Assembly: GCA_017942025.1 (NCBI GenBank)
Contig: JAGAVH010000039.1
Location: forward strand, 2,290-26,289
DNA from: Ruminiclostridium sp.
GTDB taxonomy: Bacteria; Bacillota; Clostridia; Oscillospirales; Ruminococcaceae
Direction of reading: 5' to 3'
Length of the DNA: 24,000 nucleotides
Both the position numbers and the translations under genes were made by a program. The first letter of the stretch is position 1, and each line of letters starts with the position of its first letter. Shown here piece by piece: positions 1 to 5,791 of the stretch. The notes beneath the pieces are model-generated. The model saw nothing but the letters and a program-made list of their open reading frames with translations. It ran no database searches and was not told the DNA's origin.

Positions 1-2
1 AC

Positions 3-974
3 GCTCACGTTGACTGCCCCGGCCACGCTGACTACATCAAGAACATGATCACTGGTGCTGCTCAGATGGACGGCGCTATCCTCGTAGTTGCTGGTACAGA
101 CGGCCCTATGGCTCAGACTAAGGAGCACATCCTTCTCGCTCACCAGGTAGGCGTTCCTGCTATGGTAGTATTTATCAACAAGTGCGACGACGTTGATGAC
201 AGCGAACTTCTCGACCTCGTTGAAATGGACATCCGTGATGTTCTTTCTCAGAACGACTTCCCCGGCGATGATATCCCCGTAATACGTGGTTCTGCTAAGG
301 TTGCTCTTGACAGCACAAGCCAGGATCCTAACGCTCCTGAATATGCTTGCATCAAGGAACTTATGGATGCAGTAGACAGCTACATTCCTACTCCTGACCG
401 TAAGGCTGATATGCCCTTCCTTATGCCTGTCGAAGATACAATGACAATCACAGGTCGTGGTACAGTTGCTACAGGTAGAGTAGAACGTGGTATTCTCAAG
501 CTCAACGATACAGTTGAAATCACAGGTCTTACAGACGAACCTAAGCAGACAGTTGTTACAGGTATCGAAATGTTCCGTAAGCTCCTCGACTACGCTGAAG
601 CAGGCGATAACATCGGTGCTCTTCTCCGTGGTGTTCAGAGAAGCGAAATCGAACGTGGTCAGGTACTCTGCAAGCCCGGCTCTATTCACCCCCACAAGAA
701 GTTCTCTGGTCAGGTTTACGTATTAAAGAAGGAAGAAGGCGGTCGTCACACACCTTTCTTCTCTAACTACAGACCCCAGTTCTTCTTCAGAACAACAGAC
801 GTTACAGGCGTTATCACACTTCCTGCTGATAAGGAAATGTGCATCCCTGGCGATAACGTAACAATGGACGTTGAACTCATCACTCCTATCGCTATCGAAG
901 AAGGTCTTCGTTTCGCTATCCGTGAAGGTGGTAGAACAGTAGGTTCCGGCGTTGTAACAAAGGTTAATGACTAA
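3..974 (+). CDS. tuf: Elongation factor Tu, 5'-truncated by the window edge (about 323 codons present)
   Basis: Frame 3 is open from the window start and reads [29 protein letters not shown]. It carries the DCPGH and NKCD GTPase motifs and ends [14 protein letters not shown]. Stop TAA at 972-974. Confidence 0.97.
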   Translation, partial: AHVDCPGHADYIKNMITGAAQMDGAILVVAGTDGPMAQTKEHILLAHQVGVPAMVVFINKCDDVDDSELLDLVEMDIRDVLSQNDFPGDDIPVIRGSAKVALDSTSQDPNAPEYACIKELMDAVDSYIPTPDRKADMPFLMPVEDTMTITGRGTVATGRVERGILKLNDTVEITGLTDEPKQTVVTGIEMFRKLLDYAEAGDNIGALLRGVQRSEIERGQVLCKPGSIHPHKKFSGQVYVLKKEEGGRHTPFFSNYRPQFFFRTTDVTGVITLPADKEMCIPGDNVTMDVELITPIAIEEGLRFAIREGGRTVGSGVVTKVND

Positions 975-997
975 TTATTAACACCTTTATATAAGGC

Positions 998-1037
998 AAT
1001 ATCCGCTTTAACGAGCGGATATTGTTTTTATATTTTT
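998..1037 (+). terminator. Rho-independent terminator of tuf
   Basis: Perfect 10-bp stem AATATCCGCT (998-1007) / AGCGGATATT (1014-1023) with a 6-nt loop, followed by GTTTTTATATTTTT. Confidence 0.85.
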
Positions 1038-1053
1038 CGAAAGGAGATACGGT

Positions 1054-2379
1054 ATGCATTTACCTGAAAATATAGTGTATATAACAAATAAGCTGACAGA
1101 AAACGGCTATGAAGCTTTTGTTGTGGGTGGATGCGTGCGTGATTATCTTCTGGGGCAATGTCCCAAGGACTATGATGTTACCACATCGGCATTGCCCGAG
1201 CAGATAATAGAATGCTTCAAGGGTGAAAGACTGCTCACAAATGGTCTTAAACACGGCACAGTTACAGTTATAAGGGATGATATTCCTATTGAGATAACCA
1301 CCTATCGTATAGACGGCGATTATAAGGACCACCGTCACCCGGAAAAGGTTGAGTTTACTTCTTCCTTAAAAGAGGACTTATCACGCAGAGATTTCACAAT
1401 CAATGCGATGGCTTATTCCGAAAAAACGGGAGTAGTCGATTATTTCGGTGGCAAAGAAGACCTTGAAAACGGCATTATCAGAGCGGTAGGCAATCCCTAT
1501 AAACGTTTTGATGAGGATGCTTTAAGAATTTTAAGGGCGCTCCGATTTTCTTCCCGTTTCGGATTTGAAATAGAGAGAAATACCTCTGATGCTATTCACA
1601 GACTCAGATATCTTCTTGAAAGAATATCGGTAGAAAGAATACAGACAGAGCTTTGCGGTATTTTACTCGGGAACTGCTATGATGTTCTTTATAACTATCC
1701 TGATGTTATCTGTGAGATAATACCTGAGCTTCGTCCGTCTATAGGCTTTTTACAGCACACAAAGTATCATAACAGAACGGTATATCGTCATACTATTACT
1801 GCAACAGCCGAAAGTGACTGTGATATTATAAGCCGACTCACTATGCTGCTTCATGATATCGGAAAGCCTGACAGCTTTTATATGGAAAACGGAACGGGAC
1901 ATTTCAAGGGACACGCCCTTGTCAGCAGGGTAATCTCTGAAAAGGTGCTGAAACGCCTCAGATTCAGCAATAAAATTACCGAAGAAGTGTTATTCCTGAT
2001 AGAAAATCACAGCATAAAAATGGCGGATACGGAGAAATATATAAAAAAAGCTCTGGTAAGATATGGCGAAGAAAGATTTCTGAAGCTCATCAATATTCAT
2101 ATTTTTGATAATCTTGGCAAAGCGGAAATGTGCCTTTGGGAGAATGACTTTTTCCGCAGTATCGCACAGCATACAAAGGAATACCTTGACAGTCAGCCTG
2201 CCCTCACATTGAAATCTCTTGCCGTTAACGGCAATGACATGATGGCGCTGGGCTTTGCAGGCGCAGAGGTCGGCAAGGCTCTTCATTTTCTTATGGATGC
2301 GGTGATTGACGAGCATTGCAGGAATGAAAAAGATAAGCTTATTGAATATTTAAAAAAGAACAGAAAGAACATAAAGTAA
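1054..2379 (+). CDS. cca: CCA-adding tRNA nucleotidyltransferase with HD domain
   Basis: 441-aa ORF. The N-terminus has GGCVRDYLLG, DYDV and RRDFTINAMAY polymerase-beta-type nucleotidyltransferase motifs, and an HD motif LLHDIGKP follows. RBS GGAG lies upstream of the ATG. Confidence 0.93.
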   Translation: MHLPENIVYITNKLTENGYEAFVVGGCVRDYLLGQCPKDYDVTTSALPEQIIECFKGERLLTNGLKHGTVTVIRDDIPIEITTYRIDGDYKDHRHPEKVEFTSSLKEDLSRRDFTINAMAYSEKTGVVDYFGGKEDLENGIIRAVGNPYKRFDEDALRILRALRFSSRFGFEIERNTSDAIHRLRYLLERISVERIQTELCGILLGNCYDVLYNYPDVICEIIPELRPSIGFLQHTKYHNRTVYRHTITATAESDCDIISRLTMLLHDIGKPDSFYMENGTGHFKGHALVSRVISEKVLKRLRFSNKITEEVLFLIENHSIKMADTEKYIKKALVRYGEERFLKLINIHIFDNLGKAEMCLWENDFFRSIAQHTKEYLDSQPALTLKSLAVNGNDMMALGFAGAEVGKALHFLMDAVIDEHCRNEKDKLIEYLKKNRKNIK

Positions 2380-2395
2380 GGAAAGGTGACTAAAT

Positions 2396-3412
2396 ATGGC
2401 ATCAACAGATATAGGAATTGATTTAGGTACAGCTAATATTATCATTACACTTGGCAACAAGGGCATTGTTGTTAATGAACCCTCTGTGGTAGCTTATGAT
2501 AAGAAAAAGCAGTGTGTACTTGCAGTAGGTGACGAAGCATATAAAATGCTGGGAAGAACTCCGGAATATATAGTTGCGGTAAAGCCTTTAAAGGATGGCG
2601 TAGTTTCGGATAACGAAATGACTGAAGCGATGCTTATCGCCTTTATCAAAAAGGTTATCGGCAGAATAGTAAAACCCCGTATTATTCTTTGTGTTCCTTC
2701 CTCTGTAACGGACGTAGAAAAAAGAGCCGTTGTAGAAGCTGCTTTATCAGCAGGCGCAAGAAAGGTATATCTTATTGAAGAGCCTATAGCGGCGCTTATC
2801 GGTGCAGGTATTGATATTTCAAAGCCTAACGGCACAATGGTCGTTGATATCGGCGGCGGTACCGTTGATATTGCGGTGGTTTCCTTCAACGGTATTGTAA
2901 AGAGCGCTTCTTTGAAGCTGGCAGGCAACAGATTCGACTCTGCTATAGTAAAGGGTGTTACCCAGAAGTATAAAATACTTATCGGCGATAAGACAGCAGA
3001 AAACGCAAAGAAGGAAATAGCTACAGTTTATAATCCTACCGGCAAGAATAAGATAACCGTAAAAGGCAGACATCTTATCAAGGGACTTCCTGAGAGCATT
3101 GAGATAAGCGACAAGGATATCTATGAGTTCCTGATTGATGAGGTTACAGAAATCGTTGATAAAATAAAGGGAGTATTCGAACAGACTCCCCCTGAGCTTG
3201 TGGGTGATATTCTTACAAGCGGTATTATTCTGACCGGCGGCGGTGCGTTGTTAAAGGGACTCCCCGAGCTTATATCAAAGACGTTAGGTGCACCCTGCTA
3301 TGTTGCAGACGATCCTATCGAATGTGTAGCCAAGGGTGTACAGAAGGCATTCAAGCACGCCGACGAGCTTTTAGACGGTTTTGAGAAGATCTCACTTTAC
3401 AGATATAAATAA
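2396..3412 (+). CDS. mreB: MreB/Mbl-family actin-like rod-shape protein
   Basis: 338-aa ORF with IGIDLGTANIII, NEPSVVAY and DIGGGTVDIAV actin-fold phosphate motifs. No mreC or mreD follows, so which paralog this is remains uncertain. Confidence 0.9.
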   Translation: MASTDIGIDLGTANIIITLGNKGIVVNEPSVVAYDKKKQCVLAVGDEAYKMLGRTPEYIVAVKPLKDGVVSDNEMTEAMLIAFIKKVIGRIVKPRIILCVPSSVTDVEKRAVVEAALSAGARKVYLIEEPIAALIGAGIDISKPNGTMVVDIGGGTVDIAVVSFNGIVKSASLKLAGNRFDSAIVKGVTQKYKILIGDKTAENAKKEIATVYNPTGKNKITVKGRHLIKGLPESIEISDKDIYEFLIDEVTEIVDKIKGVFEQTPPELVGDILTSGIILTGGGALLKGLPELISKTLGAPCYVADDPIECVAKGVQKAFKHADELLDGFEKISLYRYK

Positions 3413-3450
3413 AAAATTGCGATTTGTCGCTCCGCTTAGGGTTATTGTAG

Positions 3451-3477
3451 CCCCAATCCCCCTAACCCCCTTTCCCC
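3451..3477 (-). other. Canonical four-tract G-quadruplex motif (i-motif on the + strand)
   Basis: + strand reads CCCC AAT CCCCC TAA CCCCC TTT CCCC. - strand reads GGGG AAA GGGGG TTA GGGGG ATT GGGG, i.e. four G-runs of at least 4 with 3-nt loops. Confidence 0.7.
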
Positions 3478-3486
3478 TGATGGAAA

Positions 3487-3867
3487 TATATTTCGGCAAA
3501 ATAGGATTTTGCCGAAATGGTCGCAGTTCTGCGAACTGCTGGGGCTGGGAGCAGTCCGATAGGACTGCGTAACTTTCTGAAAATGCAATTTTCGGAAAGT
3601 ATGGGCTCGCCGCCCCTGCAGCAGTCTGAAAGACTGCGACGGTCTTTAGACCAATGACCTCTGCTTGGGGCTTCGCCCCAGCTGTCCAACGGACAGCGAC
3701 GCCCTTCAGGGCAATGAAACATCCCGTTTATATCGGCGTTTGTGGGCAATTTATCGCAATGTTTTAAATCATCAACTGTAGGGGGCGACCTCCCGGACGC
3801 CCCGCCGCCGAAAACAGTGGTCCGCATGACTGCGACCATTTTTGAAATCTTTGATTTCAAAAATATA
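3487..3867. repeat. GC-rich hairpin-dense element with structured terminal inverted repeats (MITE/BOX-like, or a large structured ncRNA)
   Basis: The two ends are inverted copies. Each has TATATTT, a 12-13-bp AT-rich hairpin (3490-3518 and 3838-3864), and an identical 13-nt core AAATGGTCGCAGT (3515-3527; reverse complement at 3829-3841). About 10 further local hairpins lie between them. The region is visibly more GC-rich than the flanking genes. Confidence 0.6.
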
Positions 3868-3928
3868 GGAATCTGCCCACGGGTGCAAACCGCCGTCAAA
3901 CCGTAAGTTATCGTTCTTTAAACAAAAA

Positions 3929-3958
3929 AGCTGAAATGCAGATGCATTTCAGCTTTTT
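3929..3958. terminator. Bidirectional rho-independent terminator (ends the HTH gene on the - strand and mreB read-through on the + strand)
   Basis: 11-bp stem AGCTGAAATGC (3929-3939) / GCATTTCAGCT (3944-3954) with loop AGAT. An A-run lies upstream (a T-run on the - strand) and TTTT lies downstream. Confidence 0.8.
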
Positions 3959-4199
3959 AATATATCTCTTGTTCAAGATTTTTAAACAGGTCACAATCGA
4001 AAAATTCTATGACTGTCATCTGTAGCCCGTCACATAATTTTTTAATGGTGACGATACCTATATTTTTTGCTTTTTTATTTACTATATCATTAACGGTTGA
4101 CTGGGTTACTGCGGATATGGTGCATAGCTTGTTTACTGTTATATCACGTTCCTTGCAAAGCTCTAAAATGCGTTCTGCAACTGCCTCGGAAATATACAT
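3957..4199 (-). CDS. Small XRE/Cro-C1-type helix-turn-helix transcriptional regulator (80 aa)
   Basis: ITVNKLCTISAVTQSTVNDIVNKKAKNIGIVTIKKLCDGLQMTVIEFF matches the HTH_3-type pattern seen in small clostridial regulators. RBS AAAGGA lies 9 nt upstream of the ATG. The gene is divergent from a promoter bearing palindromic operators. Confidence 0.85.
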   Translation of the reverse strand: MYISEAVAERILELCKERDITVNKLCTISAVTQSTVNDIVNKKAKNIGIVTIKKLCDGLQMTVIEFFDCDLFKNLEQEIY

Positions 4200-4248
4200 A
4201 TCATCAAATCCTTTCTAATTAGATGATAGCATAATTTTATGCAATTTA

Positions 4249-4313
4249 TTAACGGTTAACCGTTGACATTTGAATATTTTTGTGATATAATCAACTTAAC
4301 GGTAAACCGTTAA
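4249..4313 (+). promoter_or_regulatory. Consensus sigma-A promoter flanked by two 18-bp palindromic operators (likely XRE repressor sites)
   Basis: -35 TTGACA (4263-4268), 17-nt spacer, extended -10 TGATATAAT (4283-4291). O1 TTAACGG-TTAA-CCGTTGA (4249-4266) overlaps the -35. O2 TTAACGG-TAAA-CCGTTAA (4296-4313) covers the expected transcription start. Confidence 0.75.
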
Positions 4314-4353
4314 TAAAATTTAGTGATTACGTGAGTAATCGGGAGGTAAAATT

Positions 4354-4815
4354 ATGGAAAAATCAAGATCTGCAAATTCAATCCGCAGCTTTGGAGCATC
4401 GTTATTGGTAGTAGGATTTATTATTACAGCGATAGTTGCTGTATCTTTCTGGATAACAGGCGCTTCAATCGAGTATTCGATAAGAAATATATTTCAGCCA
4501 ATGTTTGTCGGAATGGGCATCGGCACACTTGTAATCGGTGGTACCGTATCTGTATTTTTGTATTTTTTATTTGTTTCGTTGTCCGAAATCGTAAAAAATA
4601 CTGAAATTACCCAGCAGTATGCAAAGAAAATTTATGAATCAGGTAACGATGATGATAGTAGTAAAAATTCTGCTACAGCTTTACATAGCAATAATTCTGG
4701 TAGCTTCAGACAGCAGGCTTTATCAGCGAACAACAATCGTTGGACTTGTCAGAAGTGTAATTCACAAAATTCTTATGCAGATATGTTCTGCCAGAATTGT
4801 GGCGCAAACAAGTAA
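4354..4815 (+). CDS. Hypothetical membrane protein with C-terminal zinc ribbon (153 aa)
   Basis: RBS GGGAGG at 4341-4346. Two hydrophobic segments (ASLLVVGFIITAIVAVSFWI and MFVGMGIGTLVIGGTVSVFLYFLFVSL), a low-complexity N/S/D-rich linker, then WTCQKCNSQNSYADMFCQNCG (CxxC-x11-CxxC). Confidence 0.8.
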   Translation: MEKSRSANSIRSFGASLLVVGFIITAIVAVSFWITGASIEYSIRNIFQPMFVGMGIGTLVIGGTVSVFLYFLFVSLSEIVKNTEITQQYAKKIYESGNDDDSSKNSATALHSNNSGSFRQQALSANNNRWTCQKCNSQNSYADMFCQNCGANK

Positions 4816-4819
4816 CACA

Positions 4820-4848
4820 AAAGCTCAGATGCGGTGCATCTGAGCTTT
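4820..4848 (+). terminator. Hairpin terminator of the membrane/zinc-ribbon gene
   Basis: 13-bp stem AAAGCTCAGATGC (4820-4832) / GCATCTGAGCTTT (4836-4848) with loop GGT. The trailing T-tract is weak (TTTAAACTTTATAAT). Confidence 0.6.
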
Positions 4849-4862
4849 AAACTTTATAATCC

Positions 4863-5005
4863 ATCCGCTGAAAGCGGATACCTCAACTTCGTGCGAAGCA
4901 CGAAATATCACTTTTGCCGTAGGCAAAAATATCACACTATGCGAAGCATAGTATATCACCGAAGCCGCAGGCTTCGATATAACTGCGGCGAAGCCGCTTA
5001 ATATC
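4863..5005. repeat. Phased 24-nt array of six 7-bp/GNA-triloop mini-hairpins separated by ATATCAC linkers
   Basis: Stems start at 4863, 4888, 4912, 4936, 4960 and 4984. Loops are GAA, GAA, GTA, GAA, GCA, GAA. Linkers are ACCTCAAC, ATATCAC x3, ATATAAC, then AATATCC overlapping the LUD gene stop codon. Confidence 0.85.
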
Positions 5006-5636
5006 CCAGTTCCTCCGCAATAAAGATAACTTTTATTCTGTCCTTATCTCTCTGATGTGCCATAATTACGTAGTCATTGCAGATTCTGTCACTGCTGTTA
5101 CAATGACCACAGCGTCCTGTCATAGCGCAGGGCGTTTTTTTATTCAGTCTTATGCAGTTTGCAGGGGAGGCTATTGTTTCAAGTCTGTCTACTGCGGCGT
5201 GAAGGTCAGTTACAATTTTATTGAGGCCTGCCACAACTATAACCTGCTTGGGACCGAATATCATAGCGGCTACTCTGTTGCCGTTTCCGTCAACATTGTA
5301 AAGCTCGCCGAATTCTGTTACTGCGTTGGTACTTGTAAAGTAAGTATCGGCTGTGAACGCCTTTCTCATAAGAACGCCTACTTCACTTGCCGGAACATTG
5401 TCACGGTCAAGATAGATACCCTTGTAGTTTTCGTTAAGCCATTCCTGAATGCCTGTATCACGGAGAGTCATAGAGCCGCCTGATAAAATCATTTTATCGT
5501 CCTTTATAAGCTCCTTTATGATTTCCTTTGCCTCATCAGCGGTATCTACAAGATAGCCCTTCATATTGTTTTTTTCAAGTGCGGCGATAACCTTGCCTGC
5601 ACGCTTTTTTAATGATTCCTTTACAATTGCATCCAT
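4998..5636 (-). CDS. LUD-domain (LutC/YkgG-like, DUF162) protein
   Basis: 212-aa ORF with the typical LUD pattern (SGGSMTLRDTGI, TSTNAVTEFGELYNVDGNGNR, VIVVAGLNKIV) and a C-terminal Cys cluster CAMTGRCGHCNSSDRIC. RBS AGGAAG lies 8 nt upstream. Confidence 0.8.
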   Translation of the reverse strand: MDAIVKESLKKRAGKVIAALEKNNMKGYLVDTADEAKEIIKELIKDDKMILSGGSMTLRDTGIQEWLNENYKGIYLDRDNVPASEVGVLMRKAFTADTYFTSTNAVTEFGELYNVDGNGNRVAAMIFGPKQVIVVAGLNKIVTDLHAAVDRLETIASPANCIRLNKKTPCAMTGRCGHCNSSDRICNDYVIMAHQRDKDRIKVIFIAEELGY

Positions 5637-5675
5637 TTTTATAGCTTCCTTTCTGTCTTTGATTCCTTTAAAATA

Positions 5676-5704
5676 AATATAGCATATTTTTTTAAAAAAG
5701 TCTA
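5676..5704 (-). promoter_or_regulatory. Putative promoter of the LUD-domain gene
   Basis: On the - strand: -35 TAGACT (5699-5704), 17-nt spacer, extended -10 TGCTATATT (-10 hexamer at 5676-5681). AT-rich context, so moderate support only. Confidence 0.4.
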
Positions 5705-5712
5705 TATAGTAA

Positions 5713-5741
5713 TGGACATTTTTTTAAAAATATGTTACAAT
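5713..5741 (+). promoter_or_regulatory. Putative promoter of manA-glcK
   Basis: -35 TGGACA (5713-5718), 17-nt spacer, extended -10 TGTTACAAT (-10 hexamer at 5736-5741). Confidence 0.55.
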
Positions 5742-5791
5742 AGAAAAGAGTATAATTTGAAGAGAATACAAATTTTATATAACCGAAAGGA

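Noticed and set aside
487-726. Alternative-frame or antisense ORFs inside tuf, cca, mreB, manA, glcK, uvrA, hom, pyrH, frr and cdsA (for example 487-726, 1060-1338, 2494-2928, 6388-6744, 6868-7272, 13033-13386, 17162-17599)
   Set aside because: They are fully nested in strongly supported genes and lack RBS or recognisable motifs.
3482-3872. GGAA on both flanks of the inverted-repeat element as a target-site duplication
   Set aside because: It is only 4 nt, the left copy is offset by one base from the repeat tip, and a match this short is easily obtained by chance. It is not usable as evidence of transposition.
3462-3899. 145-aa ORF on the - strand, together with the 63-aa + strand ORF at 3381-3572, spanning the GC-rich hairpin region
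   Set aside because: It has a TTG start with no RBS. Its composition is Gly/Arg/Pro/Cys-rich and unlike every real gene here. The reading frame simply runs through stacked palindromes, which stay open on both strands. There are no recognisable domains. I treat it as a non-coding structured element.
3413-3956. Whether the structured region is a known housekeeping RNA (RNase P, tmRNA, SRP/4.5S, 6S) or a retron/omega-RNA-type guide
   Set aside because: I could not find hallmark motifs such as the RNase P GAGGAAAGTCC-type core or a tmRNA tag ORF and CCA-end acceptor. No reverse transcriptase, IscB/TnpB or similar partner gene is adjacent. Only an Rfam scan could settle this.
4619-4843. 74-aa + strand ORF overlapping the 3' half of the membrane/zinc-ribbon gene in another frame
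   Set aside because: It has no RBS and runs through the terminator hairpin. The overlapping frame already gives a coherent TM-plus-zinc-ribbon protein.
4863-4998. The possibility that the 24-nt periodic array is a CRISPR array
   Set aside because: The conserved portion is only a 7-nt linker. The variable portions are 17-nt perfect hairpins rather than spacers. The period is far shorter than CRISPR repeat-spacer units, and there are no cas genes or leader in the window.
5675-5699. AT palindromes (AAATAT-AGC-ATATTT and the T7A6 run) between the LUD gene and manA as operator sites
   Set aside because: This is low-information AT-rich sequence inside divergent promoter spacers. Such palindromes arise easily by chance in this composition. 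They are kept only as part of the promoter calls.
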